Source: Selaginella moellendorffii (lineage: Eukaryota > Plantae > Lycopodiophyta). From it: a stretch of DNA of 64,000 nt. Of the stretch, positions 49,850 to 62,149 are shown piece after piece. The translations under genes and the position numbers were made by a program. The notes under the pieces are model-generated. The model was not told the origin of the DNA. It did no database searches and was given only the letters and a program-made list of their open reading frames with translations. Position 1 is the stretch's first letter. Each line of letters opens with the position of its first letter. The stretch spans positions 1,073,374-1,137,373 of the forward strand of contig NW_003314282.1 of assembly GCF_000143415.4 (NCBI RefSeq), read 5' to 3'.

Positions 49850-52150
49850 GACCATCAGCATGAACTTGTCATACTCAGCACACCAACAGGTACTTCCTGA
49901 AATCGAGCAACATTCCACAGCAAGCACGTCTTGAGATCGTTAAGCAGAGCAGACCTGACTTCTGAGTCTTGATTCCTGAGCTTTTGGCTGCTACATTCAT
50001 CCAGATGAGACTTCTCTGGAAGTCTTTGAAAGCCTCGGCCAGCGGGGGGCGTGTACAAGTTCACGGACAAGGAGCGCACAAAGATGCTTCTTGTTGATCA
50101 AGACGAGCTTCAAAATTACTACAGTGTGCCCGAGTTCCCCAAGGTGAGATCCAGGTGGATCTTAGGGCGCTTTAGACGTCAAGAAGCTTCCAAACCTTCA
50201 AAAAGCTGGAGTTCAGAATGCCGTATGGACGACTGATGTTGGCGATCATCAATTTCGTATAGTGCTAGATGGAAGATCTTCTCCATGTGGAAAAGCTTTT
50301 CTGTGTAGCGCTGCTGCCTTGACTTTGGAGCCGCTTCGTCTTTGCAGCTCTTCTTCGCCTCACTATCCTCGTCACTGATGTTGGAGGCTTCGGCAATGAT
50401 CTGGTCCTCGTCTTTGCTCTTGACATATTCCTTTATTCCACAAGCTTGCAAATCCTTCCCGGGACCAGGAGATCAGCATAGGCAACAGTATCACAGCATG
50501 GCATCTCATCATACTTCGAGAAAGTGATTTGGAAGAAAAGGTGAACGGGTGCTTACGATCCAAACGTGATTAAGCTGAACTCATACCTGGAGATGTTCTT
50601 AAAGGCGCTGGCCCTGGCATCAAAGCCTGACTTGACTTCCCAGGAGCAAGATCACAATGAAAGCAGCACTCAACCTCTTCTCGCCTTGAGCAGCTACACC
50701 GACGACCAAGGCCGCCGCGACTTGAGGCTCTACGTTGGTTTCGGCTATCGAATTGCCCCTTTACTTCAATCATGCCCTGCATGCTTGCTGAGACGTCAAT
50801 CGTGGTTGACGCTTAAACTTTACATGCTGCCTGAAAAGAAGAAAGTGAGCAGTACTCAATCTTACTGCATACAAGGTCATAAGCACTCGTTGGCAAAAGA
50901 AATCAGCCGAGCACCTAGTCTTTCGTAGGATCTCAAGCGAGTGACAAAGAACTCTACGTTGAAAACGCAAACAATAAACAATAAGAGGCTGACCAGGGAC
51001 AAAGAAAATGAGAGAGTGACTTACAAAACCAATTCCAGAGATCAGTTGATGTAGCAAAGGCAGTCCGATGCAAATCCTTCCCCGGACCAGAAGATTAGCA
51101 TCATCCAAACGTAGGCAATTGAAGCCACGGCCGTCTTGGCCGTTTGTGTAGCTGCTAGTAGCGAGAAGAGATCATACACTGCTTACTTTGTGATGTCTGT
51201 TACCTAGGACGCAAACTTCTCCCCTTGCTCCTGAAAAGTCAAGCTCTCAAGAACTTTGACATCCAGCCCCTTTGAGAACTTCTCCAAGTGTGAGTTCAGC
51301 TCGCTCACGTTTGGATCGTGAACACTCGTTTGCCTTCTCATACTCTAGTGTCCATTTCCGCTTTATCCTCGTGCCATTGTACAGTGAGAAGACTAAAGGA
51401 AAGGAAAGAAGGAACAAGAGAAACTTACATTGCAGTCAAAGTGTGACTTTTCCACCAGAGAGCTCCCATTAATGTGTAGAACCAGCTTCTCGCTTCTCTT
51501 TGGTTCGTCCATTGGCAACGAGTAGCCAGAAAATAAAATCCCTGCGTCCCTGGGAGACATTTAAATAAAATTTGGTCACTCACGAAGTTCGTCAAGCTTA
51601 CTCTTTCAGTCGGGTCACAGTCCCACTTCCTTGTCGTGGGGTAGAAGACCATGGTCTTCCTTCACACGTTAAAAGCCTGAAAGAAGAAAGTGAGCCAGTA
51701 GTAATCCACTCAATCGTACCGCTTCATATAAATACTGCTGGTCGGTAAAAGAAATCAGATGATGAGGAGGTCGAAAATCCAGTGCCAGTCGGATCGGTGG
51801 CAGTGCTAGCCACGAGCACGCTCAGATTTTTCCATTTCCTTGCAAAGTGGATGTTTACCAAATCTTCGTGGTCACAGCTCGCGCAATGGGTCTCGACTTT
51901 CACTGCTGCCCTCTACGGGATCTCTGCGTCTGATCATGAGCTCCATAGCCAAGGTGATTAAAGTTAGTGGATCTCTCTTTCTTTACGGCACAGCGGCAGA
52001 AGCCTCCCCGATTTTCGCACAAGAGTTTGCCCGGGATGTGCACGGAGCTTTCACAGCGTTGGTCTACACTTACAGGGCGTTCCTTTTGCGGAGAGGACTG
52101 CTTTCGTTTCACCACTGCTCAGGACCATGCTATCCCGAGTTTTGGAGGTA
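49850..52150 (-). pseudogene. Unidentified degenerate multi-exon sequence with internal duplications
   Basis: Coding-like composition, short intron-like gaps and duplicated DADLLVPGRIC / DANLLVRGRIC segments. No family recognised. Confidence 0.3.
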
Positions 52151-52859
52151 TGTCTGTTCGTGGAGGTCGGCTTTACCATCCTTATCTTTTTGAGTCCCTT
52201 CTGTAATAGACCCTCCTGCAATACAGAAACATATCTAAGTATGAATGAGTGGAGATTTGTCGAAAATAAGCACCTTCTCACCGCTTATGTGGGTCTTCTA
52301 TAGCTTGTTTGAAGAGCATCACATAACAAATACAAATCTATAAGAAAGAGTCCTTTAAAGGGATCATCTTTGTCGGCTTGATTATTACTATCACATTTTC
52401 TGATGTATTGATTATAAACAACATGAAAATCAGGGAAGGTGGTATATGGACTTCAGGTGATATTGCAAAACTTCCTAGACTCTTTGAAGTTGAAACTCTT
52501 TTTGAATTGATTTTTCCAGTTTTACCAACTTGCTTCATCTAAACTTTTAGGGCTATCTAGATTTGATAAAGTTATAGCCTTATGGTTATGTGTAAGATAG
52601 TTATAAAGGGCAAAGGTAAGGTAATCTCAGAGTAATATTTATGAGAATAGTTATTATCCAAAGGTATATTCAAATGAGTTAACATTATAACTATATAAGA
52701 ATAATCCTATGACTCTAAGAGTCCCTTTTTTTCACATGATCAATTATAGTTATTACCATAACTACATTAAAGCCAATTTTTTAAATTTATGTTTTGCATC
52801 TTCATTTATTTAAGGAAAATCTTTTATAGTTCCTAAGTGTAGCACATAGTTTTCATTAG

Positions 52860-53400
52860 TGATTTACTATAGGATAATCATGAAGTGAAACTTATCTATA
52901 TGCCATGTGTCACATGCTACATATCCAAGGAGAGTGGAGTGGAACTTAAATTTTAAAGCTTTGGGCCATTGAATGAAGGAATGGAACCAAACTCCTAAGT
53001 ATGGAATTAAGGAGTGAAAGTACTAGAGTATGGAGCAACTCTTGCATGTATAGTCCAAGAAGCGAAAAGACAGAAATACAGAGTGACTTAGAATAGTTTT
53101 AAAGCATCCAACATCTAAATGTCAAGATCAGCACATAAAATTGAGTTAAACAGAATTTAATATTATTTTAGCATACCAGTGGTCTAATATGAAGATATAA
53201 ATATGGACTGGTGTTAGATTCTGAATTTGGACATAGGATGAACACCATTATATTCAAGACAATCTCTACATTCTATAAATATCCTAACATAAAAGGCATG
53301 ATAGCAAGGGTGTTTTGTAGACATAGTAAATTATCATTTAACGAATATTAACGGACTAATTTCAATATTGTGGGGGTTCTTAACATAGTTTCTCATCATC
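52860..53400. repeat. Decayed copy of the repeat at 15400-16870
   Basis: Shared blocks such as gggccattgaa..aaactcctaagtatgga and aaaaggcatgatagc..gtgttt. Confidence 0.65.
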
Positions 53401-54219
53401 GTATCAAGTATGCTTAATTAATAACAACTTAGGATTTCCTTCCTTAGTGTCATTCCAGTCTAAGTGCACATATTGCCTTGGACTCCCTTTATATAAGGCT
53501 CATTTAGCTTCTGAAAGTTATTGTACATAAAGGAGGGGAGAATGATATAAACCACAAAAATATTTTAAAAATATTCTATACCCTATGGGATTTAACACCT
53601 TTATATGCCACATAGACTCTCATGTTATAGAGAATGTATATCTCTAACAATCCCTTCCTCCCATATCTCAAGTTTATTGGCATACATGTGATTTAAAGAG
53701 GCAATCAATCTTATGAAGAGAAAATGCCATATGTGACAACCAAAGCATTGTAAGCCCAGCCATGGGTGTCATAGAAAGCTGGTCCAAAGATCAATGAAAC
53801 AACACATGCAATGACATAAAAAATGGGTTTAGCAATCAGCCTCATGAATTTCGGTAGCAACTCCCTAGTGGCGATGAGCTGAGCAAGAGATGCTGTATAC
53901 TAGAGCCGCCAAGGTCACGCTCCAGCCACAGAAAGCCGACCACTCCACCATGCTGAAGATCCACTTTTCAGTGGTTTGAGAAAGCTGAATAATGCTGAGC
54001 ACAATATCGCGAGGCATCCTGGTGGCGGAGCTGGAGCTTGGCCCGCTGAAGCTGGTGGTGGAGGAGGATACTTGAAAGTGATGAAGAGAACCGGGATGCT
54101 CACTAAGAAAGACGCGACACTAGAGCCGATCCCGATCCAAAACCCGCTTGCCGTTGGCCATGCTGATGCCGATGCCAGACTTGCCGCAGAGAGATTCTGC
54201 TCGAAGATAAATCTGCGCT

Positions 54220-54512
54220 GCAGGAGCATTGAATTACAGGAGGCAACCACACCAATTTAGGCCACCACCCTACAGCAAAATTTCACAGACAACAGAGAAA
54301 TCATCTGTAATTGATTTTCAAAATAGAAAGAATATTCACATTGTTATGCTTTGAAGTCAACACGAGGGCCGGCCAAGACTATCAAACTCGAAAGCATGGC
54401 ACTCAATAGCACGGGCGTTTCTGTTGCGTGAAGGAGACCACGATATTGCTCAAAAGTGGTGGGACTTGTTCATCGTGTTGGTGTTAGCATCTCTTTCGTG
54501 CTTTAGTAAATG
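54220..54512. pseudogene. Remnant of the LAX2-like 3' end plus the last exon of gene X (cassette copy 4)
   Basis: Matches 34472-34872 with small deletions. Confidence 0.8.
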
Positions 54513-54979
54513 TCAAGGACGTCCGTCAAACCTCTTGCAGGCAGGGGTCCTCCCCACTTGTAGTGGGTGGCGGTCATAGTTGCTGCTGTTCTTCTTGGTG
54601 CTGGACCAAGTTGGCTGTCTGGGAAAGTGTAGGGCTTGGGGACTTTGGTGGTGCTCTGGAGGGTCTTGCAATATTCCGTTTGGTTGGCATTTCACGATCA
54701 CTGTCCTCCACCTTCCATTGGGGATGTTGTGGCGTGGATATGTGGGAGAGTTCTGGTGACGGAATCCTTACCATATCTGTTGTTGCGCTTCTTGATGATG
54801 GATTTGGTTCCTTCTTGGCGCGGGATGGTGTGGTCGCCCCCTCACGGATGTTGTTTCCCTTGTCTCTCGGACTCTCGGAGAGTGCATGCGCTCTAGCCTT
54901 GAGCCGGCAAAAGATCAAGTACGAGATTCCTGGAGGTACAAGCTTTGTTCGAGAATCATGGTTTTCTTTCCTGCCACTG

Positions 54980-55657
54980 GTCCAATATCTTTGAGCCTGC
55001 GGAGAACAGATATTTTAATTAGCATAAAGGATAAGAAAAGAGCGAAAAAGATCAGAGCCATCATGCGAATGAGCAAGAGGTTTAAGGTTTGCGCTCCGTG
55101 ATCTGCACAGTAGAAACCTTGTTTGCATCTCAAGCATGCCGGCGTCTCCCTGGGTAAAGTTTTGCTTGGCTTGGGAGCTGGCTTTGGTTTCTCTGATGTG
55201 TGCTTTCCGTGCGTACAGCTGATGGAGGAAGGAGAAAATGTAACCTCCAAAATGAAAGGACCAAAAACAACGAACGAAAAAATGACCGCAGCAGAAATAA
55301 AAGAAAAGAAGAGAAAAACAAACACAAAAAGAAGAAGGAAGAAGGAGGAGAAGGAAGTAGACGTACCCTGGAATGCTTAAGAACAAGCTAAAATCGTGAC
55401 TCTGCTGTTTGCAGGAGCTCCATTGTTTCCCACCGTCGTGAAACAGGGGCTGAAATCAGAAGAAATCAAGCACGGATTGACAGCTCGAAAAACTCCAGGT
55501 CCAGTTCCAATTCCATGCACAAGATAGAATTGGAGGCAAAAATCTGTGAAAACGCGGGAAAGAACCACAAAATTACGGCGGGATGGTAGCAGCAAGCGTT
55601 TTCATCGTCGTTTTGATCGGGAGAGAAGAGCTTCGCATCCAATCCGCTGGCATTGGC
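54980..55657 (-). pseudogene. RAR1: Truncated RAR1, copy 4 (no ATG, no CHORD-II)
   Basis: Exons 1-3 are recognisable; similarity ends early in exon 4. Confidence 0.88.
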
Positions 55658-55736
55658 TAAACATAATTTCAATTATTAAAAAACTTGTGTTTAGCTTTGC
55701 GATTGGTGGTTAAACTTACACACTCTACCAGCAAAG

Positions 55737-55817
55737 GTTGACATGGCCGAGTTGGTCTAAGGCGCCAGATTAAGGTTCTGGTCCGAAAGGGCGTGGGTTC
55801 GAATCCCACTGTCAACA
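55737..55817 (+). tRNA. tRNA-Leu (anticodon AAG)
   Basis: Acceptor GTTGACA/TGTCAAC, A box TGGCCGAGTTGG, anticodon stem CCAGA-TTAAGGT-TCTGG, long variable arm, GGTTCGAATCC and downstream T tracts. Confidence 0.98.
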
Positions 55818-55844
55818 GATAAATTTTCTCCTTTTTGCTCTTCT

Positions 55845-56564
55845 ATGGCTGTCTCACCCGCATTCTCCATATGCCAATGCGAGTTTTCAAGTCCTTTGCG
55901 ATTCATTCCAAGGAAGAAAGCCAGGCCATTGTTCTCAAATCTACAAGATGGTAGTGAGCAGCCAAGCAGCGAGCCAGCAGCGATAGAGCTCGAATTTTTG
56001 GGGGTAAAAAAGCATCCAAACTTCAGCAATTTCCAAGGTTTTTTTCTGTGTGTGTGTGCTGTGCAGCCCGATGGCAAAGGGGATGTGTTGAAAACGAGTG
56101 TCAAGAGCGGCGAGAAGGTGCTCAGGAATGTGATGCGCGAGAACAAGCTCGAGCTCTACGGATTGTACGTAAGTTTCTGAACAAAGTCAAGGGTTAAATT
56201 TGATTTTTTTCTTTTTCTTACTGAAGGGCAAGCTGATGAACTGTGGAGGGGGTGGCAGCTGTGGAACTTGTATTGTGGAGATTTTAGAGGGACAAGAGCT
56301 GCTAAGTCAGCCAACCAGTGCTGAAAAGAAGCATCTCAAACAGGTAAAAGAGAATGTCAAACCAAACAACTTGAGCAATTTCTTACTTTGAAACTTTCAG
56401 AAGCCTGGTACTTGGAGGCTGGCTTGCCAAACAATTGTTGGAGATAAGTCTAATGCTGGCAAGGTAAGGAAAGTAAATTACTTGCCAAGGCAATTTGATC
56501 TCTTGTTTTTCATTTTTTTTTTCTGCAGGTGGTTGTTCAGAGATTACCACAGAAGAAGAAATAG
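55845..56564 (+). CDS. Chloroplast 2Fe-2S ferredoxin-like protein (PnsB3/NDF4 family), 5 exons
   Basis: Transit peptide, IELEFLG|..SGEKVLRNVMRENKLELYGLY|GKLMNCGGGGSCGTCIVE..|KPGTWRLACQTIVG..|VVVQRLPQKKK*. Confidence 0.92.
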
Positions 56565-56677
56565 ATTCCAAAAGTTTCTTTCTATACCTGCACATAAATT
56601 TCCAATTTGTTTTTCAAAAGTTCTCTCTTTGTATTTGGTAGCAGCAGAAGTGAAACGTTTTCCTTCCAGTGAGCTCG

Positions 56678-57700
56678 TTACAACAGCTCTGTGATCTGCA
56701 AGCCAGTAGTGTGAAGATCAAAGATGAAGTTTGAGAGAAGAAACGTACGTTAATCGGCATTTCGTTGATGATCACGACGCAGCCTTCCTCGATGCTGCGA
56801 AGTGTGGATACTTCGCCACCAACAACGATGTTAAGCACGACACCATCTGGAAAGAAGAGAACAATAATCTATCACAAGAGATAAACACAGAACTACCACT
56901 TACTGGTGCTCGGTTCATTCGTAGAACTCTTTGTGACGCTTTGTGTCCCTCCGGAGGGGCTCAAACAAGCACCGAGACGCCTCAAGTACGCTTCCTAGAG
57001 AAGCAAACGAAAACAAAGAATGAAATCCCGGGGAGAACGAAAGAAATGCGAAGCTATCAGAAGAAAGCTCGCCTTTTTCACGGGAAGATCGTAGTTGACA
57101 AGCGCTCTTGCGAGAAGGGAATGCTCTCCAAAAGTGCTGGAAGGCAGGCAAGCGTCGGTGACAAGGAGGAGGAAGAGCTTTGGAGGCATGGTGGAATCAC
57201 CCTCCATCGTTACTTCACTCTTCCTCCATTCTGCCATGGCACGCCGGAACTCTTCGATCGTTGTCGCTCGTTCGTGCTCGCATAGATCACTGTGCTGCGT
57301 CTCACAAATCGTTTAGTCTCGAAGGAAAAGAGCTGGCAAGAAACGAAAAAGAAGAAAGCTTTTCTTACGAGGAATTTTACGTGGAAGTGTGGACACGACG
57401 CAGCGGCGGCGAAGACTGCGTCGAGGCTGTCGCGCGCGTTGCAGCAAATAACCAGAGGAACTCCCGATCGCTTCCAGAAGTGCTCAAGCAAATCGAAGAA
57501 AGTTCTCTAGAAAGGAAAACGAAGAACACATGTAAAACGAGAGAGCCAGAGACTATCTTCACCATTTTAAATTCTTGCCGATCGACCGCGATGTAGAAAT
57601 GCCGCGGCGAATCTCCATCGCGCTGCCTAGTCGGAGTAGAAGCGATCGGAAATAGCAGGAAAGAGAATTCCTACCTGGGAGTCACGGATGCCTCGCTCAT
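56678..57700 (-). CDS. Short eIF4A/FAL1-like protein (DEAD-box helicase C-terminal domain only)
   Basis: Spliced RHFYIAVDRQEFKM|RTFFDLL..PLVICCNARDSLDAV..|HSDL..LLVTDACLP..ARALVNYDLPVKK|EAYLRR..|VLNIVVGGEVSTLRSIEE..EMPIN|ITELL*. Confidence 0.88.
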
Positions 57701-57713
57701 AGCTACCGCGCAT

Positions 57714-57722
57714 AAACCCTAA
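57714..57722 (+). promoter_or_regulatory. Telo-box AAACCCTAA between divergent start codons
   Basis: Exact motif in the 28-nt interval. Confidence 0.6.
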
Positions 57723-57728
57723 AATCTC

Positions 57729-58321
57729 ATGGCTATGGCGTCCATTGCCAGATTATCCGCGGCTCCTCCAGCGGCACGCCCGATCGGCGCCAAGACCCCG
57801 CGGTGCTTCTTCTCTTCGCAATGCAGGATCGATCGCAGCAGGAGGAATCGCGGCACGATTGCGAGAGCGTTCTCGGACGATTCGAGGCGAGATGGAGAGA
57901 AGAATGCGGGCAAGAAAGGCGGCCAGGAAGAAGGAGAAGAAGAAGGAGAAGAGGGCGTGGAAGATCTGATGCTACCGGTGGAATGGTCGACGGCGTCGGC
58001 AGCAGCAGAGGTGTGTGCTATCGATCAATCCATCGATCGTGACGAAAATCTTGGAAAATCTCGCAGGAATCGCAGTGGCTGAGGGAGAATCTCCATGCCT
58101 GGCTCGACAACGAGTACTGCCCGGAGCCCGCCAACGCCGAGATCAGCGATCGATGCGCCACTGTCTACTACCGCTGCCTGATCGAGAAGGAGCTCGATGC
58201 TGGCAACATCCTCATGCGAATCGTGGAGAATTTGGAGAGCTTCTCCTTCAAAGAGAGCTTCCATGGCGCGTTCTCCTCCGCGAACGCGGCCATTCAGCTC
58301 ATTCTCACGAGAGTGAAGTAA
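57729..58321 (+). CDS. Conserved plastid-targeted protein of unknown function; 3' end uncertain (possible extra exon to about 58490)
   Basis: Ala/Ser/Arg transit peptide, intron 58011-58066, then WLRENLHAWLDNEYCPEPANAEIS..FSFKESFHGAFSSANAAI. Confidence 0.8.
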
Positions 58322-58589
58322 AGAGAGGTATTAAAGCTTAACTAAAATGTTTTGTTTAAGCTAAAATCGTGTCGACGGCCAGGATGGAGGCAATCGGACG
58401 GACACCAATGCCCACGATAAGAACACGACTAAGTCACGAAGCTTACATTATGGTAAGCTACTGGGGACTGGATCGCGTCAATAGGTACTAACAAGAGGAG
58501 AATTCAGAAGAAGAAGACGAAGAAGACGAACAGGGGAGCTCCTCCAATTCACTCTTAATTTTCCAATGTGTCGATAGCGAGCGACAAAG

Positions 58590-61500
58590 ATGAAAGAGGG
58601 TCTGGCAATTCTCCTCTGCATCGCGTTTATTCTTCGTCAGATTTCTTCGCAGACTCCAGGGCCAGGTACATCCCTCTATCATTTTCGCGGAATTAAATGC
58701 CACTCATCTCATTTTCTGTTCTTTTCTTTCTTTTGCACCAGATTTTCTGAGCTTGTCATGTGGATCGTCGAGCAATTTCACAGATAAAACCACTGGGCTT
58801 ATTTGGATTCCAGATGCGAGTTTTGTGAACAACGTAGGCATCACGTCGAGCATCCAAGGTAATTCTGTGAGATACTTCCCATTCTCCAAGACCACGCGCA
58901 ACTTCAATTGCTACGACATCGGTCACCAAGCCGGCTTGCATCTCACGAGAGCAACTTTTAGATATGGAAACTACGACACGCGCAGAAGGCCTCCCTCGTT
59001 CCAGTTTGTTATGAACCAGACTGTGGTGTCAACGGTGGACCTTTCGTCCAGGGACCCTTGGATTGAGGAACTTGTGTGGACTTCTTCCACTGCCGGCGCT
59101 ACAGCCTTCTGTTTGCTCGCGACTTCAGAAGGTGGTGTTCCAGTTATCTCGTCTTTAGAACTTCGGCCGCTCGAAGAAAATGCTTATGACGCAGCTACAT
59201 CGAGACTAGACCGTGGCGCAATGCTGCAAATGATCTACAGGATCAACTGTGGTGAAACGACGAAGACACTCAGGTAGCTTGCATTGCATATGTCCTCGCA
59301 CGTCCTCTCATCTAAATGCTTTTCGTGTGCCAGATATCCAGATGATCAACAGGATCGCATATGGGATATTGATACCAACTATTTTCCTACAGACTCAACA
59401 GCTTCAATCTATAATGGTTCCATAAACTCAAGTGCACCAGCAGCACCCCAATCGATTCTCCAGACATCTAGAGTGGGTTCAGGAAATTCTCTCAGCTACC
59501 TTCTCGCTGTCGCTGATAGGAAAATGACGCAAAGCTATTTTATCGTCGCACACTTTGCAATGCTGACCAACACCACCAGTCAAACGTCCTTCGACATTCT
59601 GCTAAATGGGAACTCGAGCAAGTCAAGCTTTCTTCTCCCCGGTAGCTTTCAGGGGACTTCGTATTCCTTTACTGGGAATTCGACCACCTCGCGATCGGCC
59701 GAGTCAACACTCAACATTACTTTACAAGGCATTGCTGGTTCGCCAGAGATAAACGCATTGGAAGTTTACCGTCCAGTTACTGTTGTTCCTCCGACAACGA
59801 GTGCTGATGGTATGCTTTTCTTTCAGAACTTCTGATGCAAAAAGTGCTTACTATTTCGACATGCAGTCACATCTCTAAGCTCCATTTGTTCATATTACAC
59901 GATAACGCTGGGCGACCACGATCCTTGCTTACCAGTCCCATGGAACGGAGTGAAGTGCTCATCTGTACAATCTCCTCAAGTGGAATTTTTGTAAGTGACA
60001 TTGATCTTTTTCTTTTTGTTGTTAATAAGAGCAATGGTTTCATTTTCCCCATAGGGATCTTTCTGGCAAGGGGTTGAAGGGTTCCTTGTATCCTCAAGTG
60101 GGGGACCTTTCCAAGCTAACATATCTGTGAGTATGCAAAAGCTTTTTTGTGGTTCAACCAACGCATACATTTCCTTTTGGACAGAAACATTTCAAACAAT
60201 CAACTTTCTGGAATTATTCCCGTCAATCAGTGGGATTTGTCAGCGCTTGAAACTTTGTAAGATGCTATTTATCGTTATTTTCTCTCTATGCTATTGTTGT
60301 TTAAGCTGTTGAAGTTGACAGGGATCTGAGCTACAACCAGCTGTCCGGGGCACTCTCTTTTGATTCACGTTCATTACAGAACTTAAAGCTGCTGTAAGTC
60401 CCGTTTTTTCTAAAGCTGATTTAAAGTGTGTTTACTGTGTTGATATAGGAACTTGCAAAATAACAGCTTAAGCGGTGAGCTTGATTCCTTGGTGAATTTA
60501 CCGAATCTACAATCAGTGTGAGAGCCAGACTTTCTTTACAAGAGAAAAGATAATTACTTATCTTACAGGAATGTTGCAAACAACAATTTCTCGGGACAGA
60601 TTCCAGCTGCGCTCGTGGGAAAACTTCAGTAAGTTCTTCTCCGGTCAGACAGGAAGTAACGTTTTCTTTCGCAGGTTTACCGGAAATCCTTGTCTTGGCT
60701 CTGCAGACTGCTCTCAAGCTGCAGCAGTGCCTCCGGCCCCAGGTCCGGAAACAGGCATTGTTGTGGATCTCAAGAGCAAGAGCCAAACGAAAAAAGTTGT
60801 TGGTATCGCGACTGGTAGCGCTATAGCTGCTGTTTTGGTTCTTGCTCTTGGTTTCCTTCTGTTACGAAGAAACCGGAGCAAGGAAAAATCATTTGAAAGA
60901 GGTACATTTATTTTGGTGATGTTTTCGCTTCCGATGACGATTTCTTCTTTAGAAATAAGGGCGGGTTCAAGAGATCTCATTGGATGCAAAGAGTTCTCGT
61001 ACAGAGAGCTCAGCACTGCAACAAACGGCTTCAAGACCGAGCTCGGGAAAGGAAGCTTTGGTCCGGTTTATCATGGGAGACTTGCAAACGGTCAGGAAGT
61101 CGCCATCAAAGTCCGATCAGATGCGTCTCAGCTTGGAGCCGACTCGTTTATCAATGAGGTTCGTTCTTAGAAGAAACAAAAACCATCAAGCTGGTTTTTG
61201 GCTTTCAGGTGAGCCTACTATCTCGTGTACACCATCAAAATCTCGTGGAACTGGTAGGCTTCTGCCAAAAGTCAAAGAAGCAACTTCTTGTATACGAGTT
61301 TATGGGAGGAGGGACGTTAATGGAGCACCTCTATGGTAAGCACGAAACAAACTGCATTGTGCTAAAAGAAAGTTCTTTCTCTCAGGCTCAAAGTCTCCAT
61401 TAGATTGGAAAGCACGGGTAAAGATAGCCGTGGGTGCTGCGACAGGTAACTCAACACTTTGATTACGTTTCTCTTGTTGACCAAACTTGAATCATGATCT

Positions 61501-62149
61501 TTTCAGCACTGGATTACCTTCACAATGGGAGCGACTCCAAGATCATTCACAGGGACGTGAAGAGCACCAATATCCTTCTCGACTCGGGGATGAATGCCAA
61601 GGTAGCAGACTTTGGGCTCTCCAAGCACGTCACTAGGATTGATGCGACGCACGTCACAACTCTGGTAAAAGGCACGGTTGGATATCTCGATCCAGAGTAA
61701 GAAAGAGTTGTTTTAAAGTTCGAGCGGTTCACAGTAGTTGTCTTTCGCTGTTTCAGATACTATGCCTCAAACCAGCTTACCGAAAAGAGTGATGTTTATA
61801 GCTTTGGGGTGGTGCTTTTGGAGCTCATTTGTGGAAGAGAGCCACTCAGTGACCGCGTTCCTGCCGATCAATACAGCATCATCACTTGGGTATGAAAGTT
61901 TTCCCTTCGCACAATGCACGATTCCCTCTGATACTTCTTTCGTGCTCGCAGGCAAGACCATATCTCCTGAGTGGATCTTACAACGAAGTCGTGGATAGAA
62001 ACATCGCAGGGCGATTTAGCATTGGAAGCATGGCAATCTTCGCGAATGTGGCAGCAAAATCGGTGGCAAGAGACCCAAACGAGCGACCCAAAATGAGCCA
62101 AGTGTTGCGAGACCTCAAGGAAGCCCAAGCATTCGAAACTGCCATGTAA
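58590..62149 (+). CDS. Malectin-like LRR receptor-like kinase (LRR-I type)
   Basis: Signal peptide, [44 protein letters not shown], short LRR exons, TM segment, and kinase motifs [21 protein letters not shown] and [10 protein letters not shown]. Confidence 0.95.

Noticed and set aside
53915-54918. ORFs of 94-143 aa around the copy-4 junction
   Set aside because: No recognisable domain or consistent strand; probably rearranged fragments.
55757-56146. 129-aa minus-strand ORF
   Set aside because: Antisense to the tRNA and the ferredoxin-like gene.
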